From positions 31,555 through 95,554 of the IMG/VR virus record IMGVR_UViG_3300005573_000072: a stretch of DNA of 64,000 bases; one strand, written 5' to 3'. Under the pieces are notes generated by a model. That model did not search any database, was not told the origin of the DNA, and was given only the letters and a program-made list of their open reading frames with translations. The position numbers and the translations under genes are program-made. Positions 50,801 to 64,000 of this stretch are shown here, piece after piece. Each line of letters starts with the position of its first letter. Position 1 is the first letter of the stretch. The stretch is from a virus.

Positions 50801-53226
50801 GTAATGCAGGGCACCCTGGTACTCGGACCACAGGGAGGGGTTGGTCTGCGGCAGTCGTTTTATCAGGCGTTCGCGGGCGGCCTTGTTGGGCGCCAGGGCG
50901 ATCTCCGAATCCCGGGTGGCGAAGAACTCTTTCTCCTGCAGCTTTATGCGCTCCCACGGGGGATTGCAGAGCACCACGTCGAAGCCCCCCTTCTCGAAGA
51001 CCTCGGGGAACTCCAGGGGCCAGTGGAAGAAACGGTGGCGCAGCGCCGCCTCCCAGGCGTGGCTTGGATATCGAGGATCAACGGATGCCGGATTGTCTAA
51101 ATAATTGCGCAGGACCTCGGTGGTGGGGATAGCCTTCTCCCGGTAGCCATCCTTATCCAGCCTGGCGAAGAAGGCGGACGTCCAGAGGTGGCAGGCGGTG
51201 TTGTCGTTCCACCAGCGCCCTCCCTCGCCCCGCAGCCTCTCGTAGGCCTCCTGCTTTTTCCGCACCTGTTCCGGAGTGTCGTCGGGGATCTCGGAGAGCT
51301 TTCGGTAGGCCTCGGATAGCTCGTGGGCGTCGCTTTCAACATCCAGCGCAAAGGAAAGCCAACCGGCCCTCTCGGTCCTCTCCGCCTTGTTGTCTTTCTT
51401 TATGGACTTGGCGAGGGCCTTATCATCGTCCGCCACGGGCTCGAAGGCCCCATCGGGTATGCCCTCCTCGAGGACCTTGAGGTCGAAGACGCCCACCAGG
51501 GAGTCGCCGCAGCGGATGCGGTGGTCGAGGAAGGTGAGGGGACGCCCCTCGGCGTGGCCCTCTATCCACAGGGCCACCTTGCAGAGGTCCACGGCCAGGG
51601 GGTTCTTGTCCACCCCGTAGATGCAGTGGCCGATGACGTCGCGCACGGCGGAGCGTACCTCCTCGGGGGCGGGCTCCTCGTCGCCGGTGCGCACGCGGGC
51701 CAGCTCCTTTCCCAGGCGGCGGGCGGCGGCCAGGAGGAAATGGCCGCTCCCGCAGGCGGGGTCGCAGACCTTGATGTCCAGGATGGCCCTCTCCTTTTCC
51801 ACCTTTCCCCTCGCCCTGGCAAGCCTCTCCGCGAGCACGGGCTCGAGGGCGCTCTTCACCAGCTCGTTGACCAGCTCGGGCGGGGTGTAGTAGGAGCCGG
51901 TGGTCTTGCGCTCCGTGCCCGGCACCAGACGGAAGACGGTCCTCCCCTCCTGCTCGAGGAAGGCGGGGTGGTAATCGAGCAGGCTCTCGTAAACGCTCCC
52001 CAGCTCCTCCACGTCCAGGGCGGAGTAGTTGACGCGGCGGCGGGGGGAGCGGGCGTCCTCGGTGTAGGTGGAGAGCTCGCGCAAGGCAGCCAGGAGGTCC
52101 CGGTTGTAGAGGGCGCGGCGGTCCAGCTCCGTCTCCTCGAAGAGCTCCCCGTTGAGCGGGGGGACCTGGAGAAGGGCCCCCAGTTCCTGGCGGCGGAAGA
52201 GGTCGAAGGTGACCTGCAGGGATATCCAGAGGTCCCGGTGGTCCTCGTCGCGCAGGCGCAGGTCGGCCAGGCGGCGCAGGCGCTCCAGGCTGTAGTGCTC
52301 CAGGTAAACGGCGGACGGCGAGATGAGCCTCCTCTCCTCGGCCACCATGAGGAAGAGCAGGCGGTAGACGAGGCGTAAAAGGTCCCGGTAGAAGGACTCC
52401 GGCCCGGTCTCGCCCGTTTCCACCCGCTCGCGCAGCCTGTCGTTGACGGGGTGGGAGAGAAAACCATTACCAAATATTTCCAAAACCTTCTCCACCCCGT
52501 CGCGCAGCCGTTCGCGCACCCTTCCCCCCTGCTCCACACTCTCCATGTAGTAGCTCTCCAAGAGGCAGGAGGGGGCGTCGTCCATGCCGCGGGGAAGCCG
52601 GGTGCGGTGGACCAGGCGCCAGAAAAGGGCGAAGTCGGAGAGCCTCTCCCCCTCGAACATGGACTCCAGGTCGAACTCGATATAGGCCTGGCGGGAGAGG
52701 AGCTGGCTGTCGCGCAGCAGGCGCAGGATGCGGCCGTTGGTGACCACGCCCCAGAGGTGCTCGGTGCGGTTGAGGTATTCCTGCACCAGAACGTGGGGCG
52801 CCAGGCGGGGGCGACCGGATGGCGGGAGCTTGCCCAGGTCCTGTCGCCAACCCACCACGTGGACCGGCGGCGCGTCCGCGTCCCGGTCGGCGCCGTGGCT
52901 CACGGCGAAGGTGAGCCCGTCCACCTCCTGGGCCCGGGGCCGGTAGGTCAGCTCGTAGCCCAGGAGGCTCATCAGGGGTATCACCCACTGGTCGCGGGTG
53001 GGCCCGGTGGCCAGGTCGTCGGGGGACAGGCGCTCCAGGCGGGCCCGGAAGGCCTCCCAGAAGCGGCGGGCGGCGCCCCAGGCCTCGGAGACCTCGTCTA
53101 TGAAGGCGGCCCTGGGCGGAAGGCCGAAATCGGCCGGCTTCTGCCCCGGCGCCTCGCCGTCGGCGATGCGGTCGATGAGATCCGGGCTGAGGAGCCCGCC
53201 CTCCACGCGAAAGCTCTCGAAGCGAC

Positions 53227-53230
<4 letters not shown>
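47855..53230 (-). CDS. Fusion: DrmMI/Eco57I-like amino-MTase with TRD, plus a C-terminal Sau3AI-like C5-cytosine MTase
   Basis: The N-terminal part has GSYYTP, DPACGSGHFL and NPPW, ending at RTRRLVLEAW. The last ~420 aa have ELFAGIGG, NQWEP, GGFPCQDYSVA, ENVDRLLKSP, QRRRR, GFPD and GNSLVV. The frame is single and uninterrupted. Confidence 0.9.
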
Positions 53231-56063
<2,833 letters not shown>

Positions 56064-56067
<4 letters not shown>

Positions 56068-59000
56068 GGTCTCGCCTCCCCGAAAACGTCAGGATATCTG
56101 GATATCTGCTCCTCCAGGTCACGGTCATAACGGATGACGATGACTCGATACCCAAGATCTTCCAGCTCCTGCCGCACCTTCATGTCCTTCTCCCTCTGGG
56201 CGGGCTCGTCGTGCACGGAGCCGTCGCAGAAGACGCAGGTGTACTTCTCGTAAAAGAAATCGGGGACGGTGCCGTGGTGGTCGGCCAGCGCCCGCTGGGC
56301 GTCGTCGGGAAGGCGGCGCCCGGTGGCATAGAGGTGGTCGAGGAACCTTCTCTCCAGTTCGGAACGGGAATCGGCGAGGGCGCGCAGCCATTGATAATGT
56401 TCGTGGTAATCCCGGCCCCCGACCTTGGGATGCGTCTCGGAGCTGGCGATCTCCGCGAGAAGATCCCTGGCCAGCGCGCGGTCGAGCAGGGAATAGTCGC
56501 GCTGGTTGGTGTAGGAGAGCAGGCAATCGTAGCAGGCGCGCAGGCATTCCGCTTTGAGGTCTTCCAGGCTGTCCGGTTGGTAATGGCACGCCACCAGGGC
56601 CTCGCGGGCCACGCCGGCCAAGGCGTCCCTCTCCACGGCGAGGGCGCGCAGGATCCCGTAGCCGCCCTCGCTGGCCTCGTAGAAGAGGATGCCCCGGCGG
56701 CCGCTTTGTCCGATGCGCTCCGAGGCGAGCTCGGAGGGTTCCAGCTGGTAGACCCTCTCGATGCCGCGGCGCAGGGCGTGTTCCAGGGTGGCCAGGGCCT
56801 CCTCGGTAAGCCCGAGGCCGTCGCGGCCGGGGTAGAGGAGCATGACGTTCATGGTGTCGCGCACGAAGAGGCGCACCGTCTCCACCCGGGCGGTGGCGGC
56901 CCTCTTAACATCCCGATCGCTCCTGGAAAGGAACTCCCCCGTATCCATGTTCAGGAGATAGCCCGACTCCCTGCTGTTCCTCCACCGATGGTTCACGCGG
57001 TACAGGGTGGCCGACGGCGCGTAAACGAGCTCCAGGAGCGGCTTGCCTCCCTTGTCGGTCACCACGGCCGGGACGCGCCCCTCGCTCGACCCGCTGGAGG
57101 GGGAGAACTCGAAGTGGGTGGTTATGTCGTAACCGTAACGCACCCTTTCCTCTTCCTCGCTGGTGATGCGCTCCCTGCGGCGGGTATAGACGTTCGTGGC
57201 CTCGAGCAGAGTGGCGTAGGTGTAACCATCGCCGGAGAGGCGGCTCTCGCAGTTGTGGCATATGTCCACGCTCTCGTCGGAGTGGAGGTATCCGCAGTTG
57301 CCGCAGATCTTCACTTGGAGGAGCCTCTTTTCCAGGTCGGAAAGGACGGTCTTGAGGCTGGTCACCCTGTACTTGGAACCCTCGTGGTAGATGAGGTTCT
57401 CGGGGCCGAACTCGGAGATGGCCAGGAAGCGGGGCCGCGACACGTAATCGCCTTCCCCTTTCCGCGGGATGAAGGCGGTAAGGGGCAGGCGGGGGAAGTT
57501 ATAGCCGGGAAGGAAAGCCTCGCTGGCCAGGTAGCGGTAGGGGTAGAAGTCCGATTCCTCGTAGAACCGGGTGCTGTTCTCCAGTAGCTGCTTCTGGCGT
57601 TCCGCCTCGTCGCGCCTTCTCCTGGCCTCCTCCCTCTCTTTGTTGTTCCCGGTTGGATAGCGAAGGATCTCGTTGGCCTCCACCCACTGGCGATCCGCGG
57701 CGCGGTAGAGCTCCCGGAAGCGTTCGAAGGCCCGGTTGAACTCCTCCGGGGCCCGCCTGAGCGCCTCTTCCAACCACTCCTCGGAATACCACGCCGGTGC
57801 CTCGCCCTCCGGATAGCAGGAATCGAATATGCGCCGGGCCTCCTCCAGGCATTCCCGGAAAGCCCTCTCGCCGAGCCTCACCTTGTTCGCCGCGTCCTCG
57901 TTCAGGGGGTAGTCCTCCAGGCGTACGTCGACGAACTCGGTTATGGAACGGCCCAGGGAAAGCCCGGTCCTGGCCAGCCAAATGGAGTGAAGGTGGGCCC
58001 GGGCCAGTTCCTCGCTGGAGAGGTCGATGCGCGGGGGCTGCACGGAACCGGAGACCATCTCCCGTTTATGATGGAAGAAGTACTGGTCGTGGCCGCTTCC
58101 GGCCAGGCAGTAGGTGATGACCAGGGCGGGGTCGCCCTTGCGTCCGGCGCGGCCGCTGCGCTGGGCGTAGTTGGCTGGAGTGGGCGGGACGTTGCGCAGG
58201 TGCACCAGCTGCAGGTCGGCGATGTCGATGCCCAGTTCCATGGTGGGCGAGCAGAAGAGGCATTTGAGCTCGCCGTCCCGGAAACGGAGCTCCCTCTCCT
58301 GCCTCCGCTCGTAATCGACCTGGGCGGTGTGCTCCCGCCCCTCCGCAAGGCGCAGCAAGCCGGGCGGCCGGGTGTAGAAGCTGACGAAATAGCGGTTGGC
58401 CTCCTTTTCCACCTTTTGGTAAATGGGGTCGTCGGAGCGCCTCCGGTAAAGGGGTTCCCCGGCCGGCGTCCCGTCACCCGGCCCCCAGACCAGGCAAGAT
58501 GATTCCACCTGGACGTAGGAGACGCCCCTTTCGCTGCCGCGGCGCAATAGGCCGTGGGCGCAGAGGATGTCCGTGAGCCTTTGCATGTTCTCGGAGTATT
58601 CCGGCAAGAAGGAAGGAAGGACCCGCTTCAGGTAGCGGTACACCAGGCTCCTCTCGGCCAGGCTGTAGCTGTTGGGAATCTTTTCCTCCTGCCCAGGAAG
58701 GACGAAACGCGAGGCGGTGAACAGGCGTCCCTCCTCGCCGAAACTCCACTTCTCGTCTATGCATTCCTCCACGCGCTTCCTCAATTGCTGTTGGTTGGTC
58801 TCCTGCAGCCAGTAGGCGTGGACGGCCAGCTGCCTGCGGAAGTGGTCCAGCAGGGCGGTGAGGATCTCCCGCCGCCCGGCGGCGTCGAGGTCCGCGAAGG
58901 GTTTGAGCTCTCGCCAGGCCTCCCCGTCGGCGCACAGCTCCTCGAGCCCCAGGTATCCGAACCGCAGAAGGCCGCACTGTTCCAGGTTGGGCTGCACGAA

Positions 59001-61142
59001 CCGCCAACCCCGGCGCATGTCCTCGTAAACGCGGTACTCGACGAGGTCGGTGAAGACCTTCATAACCTCGCCTCCCCTGGGGGTGTCGGGAAGGAGATCC
59101 TTGCTGGCGGAGATCTCCCGGAAGGGAAGCTCCAGGGCCTCTACCACCTTGGTCGCCACCTGGTCGTGGCGCAGGGGGCCAGCTTCACTCACCGCCCGGT
59201 ATATGGCGGCCCGGAGGAGCCCAGTGCGGACGAAGTCGTTGAAATGACCGGCCTGCAGGCTGGCGTCCTGCCGGTTGTCGGTGAAGCTGAGGACCTTGCG
59301 GGCTCCCTCCTCGATGTCGCCCATGGGCGCCTTCTCCAGCGCCGAGAGGGCCAGGACGGTGGTGGCGCTGCTCCGCCCCTCGCTGGAGAGGCCGGCGAGC
59401 TTGCTGAACTCGCTGTCCTTGCCGGTGTAGAAGACCCCGCAGTTCAAGCAGAGGCGGAAGGGGTAGGGCTGGAACCAGGCCTTGACGGCGTCATCGACAA
59501 GGTATTGGGAATAATTACCATCTGGATAGACCCACGCGGGCCGTGGCACATATTCCCGGTAATCCCTCTTGACCTTTCCGTTGTCCTGGAGCCATTCCCT
59601 GGGAAGATTTTCCGGTCCCCACTCCACGTCGCGTCCCTGCGGAGGTATGAGAAGGTATCCCCGTTCCTTGGTCTCGCCGTATCCGTCGAGAAGCTCGGAC
59701 TCGTCGCCCAAGGGCTCGAAACGGCTGGCTTGAGAGTCGTGCGCCACCTCGTAGTACTCCATACCGCAGACCCGGCAGAACTTGAGGGAAAAGAGGGGGA
59801 GCGTTTTCCCTTCCCTGCTGGCGTAGGCGTGCCCTTCCATGTCCAGGAGGCGCTGGGAAGGATGCTCCAGGGTGGCGAAAACACGGTTCCCCTGGGCTAT
59901 GAACTGGTGCAGCTTGAAAGAGAGCAGGGGTTCACCCTCCGCGTTCCGAAGGGACGCTCCCTTCAAGAAAACCCGGCTCAAGGCCTCCTTGCAGGCCTCC
60001 TCGTCCAGCCCCGTAAGGTCCGAGAGCCTCGAAGCGCCCTCCTCCAGGCTGAGCGGGGGGCGGCGCCTGAACCGCCCTTCTTCCTCCTCCTCGAGGCCGA
60101 AGTTGTCCTCCACCCATGAGACCAGGGGGTGGCGCAGGAAGGCTTCCGGATCGTCGGGCAACGGGGAGCCCACGGCCTCCTTCAGCCTTTGGCCATCGAC
60201 GTCTCCGGCGCCGGAGGTCAGGCGCTCCAGGCTTTCCTCGACCACTTGATCGGGCTGGAACGGGGCGCCGAACATCTTCTGCGCGAATTCGGCCACCACC
60301 CGGCGCCTCTCCCGGCGCGAGGAATCCCTTCCGGCGATCATGGTGGCGCTGGTGCCTATGCACATGAGATGCGGGTTACCGCACCTTTCCTTGAGGCGGC
60401 GGATGAGGAGGGCCACGTCCGCGCCCTGGCGCCCCCGATAGGTGTGGAGCTCGTCTATGACCAGGTACTTGACGCCGGCCGTGGTGCGATCCACGAAAAC
60501 GTGCTCTTCGGGGCGGACCAGCATCAGCTCCAGCATGACGTAGTTGGTGAGGAGTATGTGGGGTGGCTCCTTCTGGATAGCCGGACGCTCGTTGAGGTTC
60601 TGGCCGGTATAGCGGTTAAAACGGACCGGGAACTGGCGGCCGGTCCTTTCTTGATACGCTTTCGCCAGCTCCTGCAGGGCTAAAAATTGCGAGTTCACCA
60701 GGGCGTTCATGGGGTAGATGATGATGGCCCATACCTTGTGCGCCTGGGGATCGCCCCTGAGCACGGCGTCGATTATGGGCACGAAGTAGGTGAGGCTCTT
60801 TCCGGAGCCCGTTCCGCTGGTGACCACGAAACCCCTTCCCGAGAGGGCCGTCTCGATGGCCTCCTGCTGGTGCTGGAAAAGGGTTATGGATCTGCCGTCC
60901 CGGTCGCGGAAGATCTCCGCGCATTCGGGATGCAGCTTCCCCTCGGCCACCAAATCCTCTATACTCGCCGCCTTTCTGTAGGCGGGATTGAGCTGGACGA
61001 GGGCCGGCGGCCACAGGACGCCTTTGTCCACCAATTCCCGGGAGACGAAATCACGGATCCTGTCGTCCTGGATGGTGAGGAAACTGTGTATATATTCCTT
61101 ATATTCCTCGATTACGGCGTCCTTCAGTTGGAAGATGCTCAT
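56064..61142 (-). CDS. DEAD/DEAH SF2 helicase with DUF1998 and a C-terminal Vsr/DUF559-like nuclease
   Basis: GTGSGKS, DELH, SAT, MELGIDI and QRSGRAGR. DUF1998 motif C..ACYDCLLSY.NQ. C-terminal PDF...DGSVHD...GYRVI. Confidence 0.9.
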
Positions 61143-61188
61143 GGATCACCCTCCCGACTAAATATTCTAGACATTCGACTAAGGTTTT

Positions 61189-61201
61189 TGGTCAATGACC
61201 A
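61189..61201. promoter_or_regulatory. 13-bp palindrome (possible operator) upstream of the helicase operon
   Basis: TGGTCA-A-TGACCA, overlapping a TTGACC on the minus strand, with TAGAAT further downstream. Confidence 0.35.
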
Positions 61202-61244
61202 CTTTTACGTTTCATCGTGTTTTTCTCCATTACATAGCCATCCC

Positions 61245-63269
61245 TCATCTGTCGGGAGGGCTGTCCGTCGGGTCCTCCTGTTGGCCCCCTGGCTTGACCG
61301 AGGGCGGGTTTTGGGGATTGCCGCTCGTCGGATCCTCATGTTGGCCGTCCAACGGGGCCGCGAGCGCGCTTCCGGGCCGGGCGAGCCGGGCGTCCTGCGG
61401 GCCTGCGGGTTGGCTCTCGGTCCGGGCGTCCTGCGGGCCTGCGGGTTGGCTCTCGGTCCGGGCGTCCCGCTGGCCTGCGGGTTGGCTCTCGGTCCGGGCG
61501 TCCCGCTGGCCTGCGGGTTGGCTTTCGTGCCGCGCGTCCCGCGGGTCAGAGGGTGGGCTTTCGGGCGGGTTTTCGGGCGGGTTTTCGGGCGGGCTCCAGG
61601 CCCGGTCGTGCACCACGAAGAGGAGGTGCTTGGCGCGGGTGACGGCCACGTACTGGTCCTTGCGGTCGTGGATGGGGAACCTCCCGTCCATGTCGCAGAA
61701 GATGACCACGTCGGACTCCAGGCCCTTGAAGCGCTTGAGGGTGGAGAAGGCCAGGGCGTCGGGGGGGACCGGCTCCTCGTAATCCACCACCCGGCACCCG
61801 GCGAGCTCCTCCACCCCGGCGAGGCAGCTCTTCTCCCTCACCCGCGGCGAGAGGATGGTTATCTGCGCCGGTTTCACGCCCTTCTTGAGGAGCTTGCGCA
61901 CCGTGTCCTCGATGATCCCCGGCTGCTCGGCCGGGTCGCGGTAGGGGAGGAAGCGCACCTTCTCGCCCTCCGGGTTCCTCTGGTAGCGGTAGCCCTCCGG
62001 GTCGATGCCGCCTATGCGGGAGGCCATCTCGCAGATCCTCCTGGTGTTGCGGCAGTTCTCGCTCAAAACGTAGGGCTCGCCTCGAACCGGGAACTGCAGG
62101 TCGTCCCCGTGGTAGATGTTCTGCCTCTCGTCGTAGAAGATGTAGAGGTAGCCCTCCTTCGGGTCCCGCAGCAGCTTGAGCACGCCCTTCGACCAGTGGC
62201 GTTTGAAGTCCTGGCCCTCGTCCATGATCACCGCGTCGTAACGGACGTCGAGGACGTCCAACGCCTTCTCCAGGAGGACGGGAACCTCTTCGTCCCAGAA
62301 GCGCCGCCTTCTCTGGGGATCCTCCTCGCCCGGCACCTCGTAGGGGAGGCCCGCCCTCTGGGCCAGGCGGATGCACAGGTCGTGGTAGTTGTAGGCCTCT
62401 ATCTTTCCCTCTTCCGGCCGGAGTTGACGGCGCAGGTAGGCGGCCAGGGGGCTGTTGAAGCACAGCAGGAGCACGGAATGCCCCTCCGCGGCCAGGCGGC
62501 GGGCCTTCTCCACGGCCAGCTGGGTCTTGCCCGTCCCCGCGTACCCCTGGATGAGGGCCCTTTTCCGGTTGCGGAGGAAATCCAGGATGCGGCACTGCTC
62601 CTCGGTGAGGCGGACGATCTCCGCCTCCTCGTCCTCCAGGCGCCGGGCTATGGAAGCGGTGAGGCGGAACTCCGGGAGGAGGAACTTGTTGTAGAGGTCG
62701 TTGTACTCCTGTTCGCTCATGGCCCGGCTGCCCTGGCGCCTCATGCGGCCCATGATCTCCTCTATCCTTTCCCCCACCCGGTCCAGGCCGTCGCGGTCGA
62801 TGACCAGCTCCGGAATGACGTGGGGAGGAAAATACTTGGTCTGCACCGAGGCGTCTGGGAAGGTCACCGCGTACCCGTAGGCGAAGGGCAGGTCCTCCGC
62901 CCCGGGGAAGACCCCGCGGTTGAGGATCTCCTTCTTGAGCCAGTGCATGTTCCTCCGTGCCTGGTCGAAGGGGTCCTTTATCTCGTGGCGCTTTTCGCCC
63001 GAGGCGGGGACGGAGAACCATTTCTTCTCCTTGGGGCGGTAGATGATCTCCTCGCCGCCCTTGACCTCGAGGGTCAGGATGCCCTTCTTCCGGTGGACGA
63101 CCAGGAAATCTATCTCATGATCGAAGATGCCCCTCTCCCCGGCGGATAGGTAGGGAAGGGAGTGGAAGACCGTGTAGTCGTCGGGCAACCCGTCCTTCAG
63201 GTACCGGTATAACCTGAGCTCTCCCCGGGCGCCCGGCTCCACCCTGGTTTCCGGTATCATCTTGGCCAA
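61245..63269 (-). CDS. NERD nuclease - UvrD-like SF1 helicase fusion with a repetitive C-terminal tail
   Basis: NERD EIDF...LEVKG, Walker A GYAGTGKT, DEGQD, FKGLE and YVAVTRA. The likely start is TTG at 63269 after AAGGA. Confidence 0.88.
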   Translation of the reverse strand: MAKMIPETRVEPGARGELRLYRYLKDGLPDDYTVFHSLPYLSAGERGIFDHEIDFLVVHRKKGILTLEVKGGEEIIYRPKEKKWFSVPASGEKRHEIKDPFDQARRNMHWLKKEILNRGVFPGAEDLPFAYGYAVTFPDASVQTKYFPPHVIPELVIDRDGLDRVGERIEEIMGRMRRQGSRAMSEQEYNDLYNKFLLPEFRLTASIARRLEDEEAEIVRLTEEQCRILDFLRNRKRALIQGYAGTGKTQLAVEKARRLAAEGHSVLLLCFNSPLAAYLRRQLRPEEGKIEAYNYHDLCIRLAQRAGLPYEVPGEEDPQRRRRFWDEEVPVLLEKALDVLDVRYDAVIMDEGQDFKRHWSKGVLKLLRDPKEGYLYIFYDERQNIYHGDDLQFPVRGEPYVLSENCRNTRRICEMASRIGGIDPEGYRYQRNPEGEKVRFLPYRDPAEQPGIIEDTVRKLLKKGVKPAQITILSPRVREKSCLAGVEELAGCRVVDYEEPVPPDALAFSTLKRFKGLESDVVIFCDMDGRFPIHDRKDQYVAVTRAKHLLFVVHDRAWSPPENPPENPPESPPSDPRDARHESQPAGQRDARTESQPAGQRDARTESQPAGPQDARTESQPAGPQDARLARPGSALAAPLDGQHEDPTSGNPQNPPSVKPGGQQEDPTDSPPDR
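61391..61592. repeat. In-frame VNTR: four 36-bp units plus about three 12-bp units
   Basis: cgtcc(t/c)gc(g/t)ggcctgcgggttggctctcggtccggg x4 (DARTESQPAG.. peptide) and (gggcgggttttc)n (PPEN peptide). Confidence 0.9.
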
Positions 63270-63762
63270 TGCGGAATTCCTTTCCTTTATTTTCCAGGTA
63301 TATTCGCGGACCTCACCCTTCCCCACCAACCGGCGGTGGGGGGTCCTCCGCCCGTTCCTTCCCTGTCTCGCCCCTAGTTTTTTACCTGTCTCCTAACCCC
63401 ACGGTCGTTGGGCCATCGTTTTTGTCATTCGCACGCTTTTTTGCCCTCTCCCCTCCCGTACCCCGCGATGGTCGCAGAATCGACCTTTCTCCCTCACCCC
63501 ACTGCCGTTGACTGTCGGGTTCCGGTATTCGCAAATCACCTTCACCTATTTTCCTTCAGCGATGAAGCTTTTCTTCACACTCGCACGCTGTTTCTGGTCT
63601 CTCCTTCCACACGCCCCGCCAAGGCCGCCGAATCAAACTTGCCCCCTTTCTTCTAAACCATTGATTCCCGCGTTTCGGCAACCGCGGTTCATCCTCGCAC
63701 ACCTAGTCGCCATATACACGATAGACATATGCCTCGTTTACCAGGATCTACCGGAAAAGAAC

Positions 63763-63987
63763 TTACCAGTTGTCCTCGAAGTCCCCGCCCTCCTCATCTT
63801 CCTCGTCGAGATCCTCGTCGTAGTACTCCTCCTCCAGGCACCGGGGGCAGAGGTACTCCTCGAAGCCCTCCTCGTCGAAGGCCACCTCCCCGCCGCAGCG
63901 GCGGCACTCCCGGGTGTTGTCCTCGATGAAGCCGATGATCTCCCCGGCCAGGAAGGCGTCGCCTAAGGAATCGAAAAATCCGGCCAT
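63763..63987 (-). CDS. Small acidic zinc-ribbon protein
   Basis: 74 aa with CRRC...CPRC, an acidic tail, GC3-rich codons and GGGGTGA upstream. Confidence 0.65.
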   Translation of the reverse strand: MAGFFDSLGDAFLAGEIIGFIEDNTRECRRCGGEVAFDEEGFEEYLCPRCLEEEYYDEDLDEEDEEGGDFEDNW

Positions 63988-64000
63988 GGCCCATCACCCC

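Noticed and set aside
61391-61534. 36-bp repeats as a CRISPR array
   Set aside because: The units are head-to-tail with no spacers, they are in frame within a CDS, and no cas genes are present.

Overview
The window joins two very different DNAs. Positions 1 to about 47.8 kb are an AT-rich, large siphovirus-type (pro)phage. Its minus strand carries a near-complete morphogenesis region: glycosyltransferase, terS/terL, fibre-like genes, portal, protease, scaffold, capsid, neck, tail tube, chaperones, a 2330-aa tape measure with an M23 peptidase, and very large lectin/Ig/FN3-rich tail-tip proteins. A divergent plus-strand operon encodes a clamp-loader ATPase, a second glycosyltransferase, a sigma factor and a SAM methyltransferase. 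An AT-rich control or origin-like region separates the two arms. Positions 47.85-64 kb are GC-rich and encode a DISARM-like defence locus: NERD-UvrD, a DEAD helicase-DUF1998-nuclease fusion, an SNF2 helicase and a 1791-aa methyltransferase. Three observations stand out. (1) The 1791-aa ORF fuses an amino (N6-adenine type) MTase in frame with a complete Sau3AI-like C5-cytosine MTase. (2) The phage carries a foreign C5-MTase plus a truncated, unannotated vsr, inserted directly upstream of the portal and bracketed by a 43-bp duplication. (3) That duplication contains a recurring GGAATA-N17-GYA motif, probably the late promoter read by the phage sigma factor. No integrase, tRNA, rRNA or CRISPR array was recognised. 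Family assignments come from motif recognition by eye, and GC statements are visual estimates.
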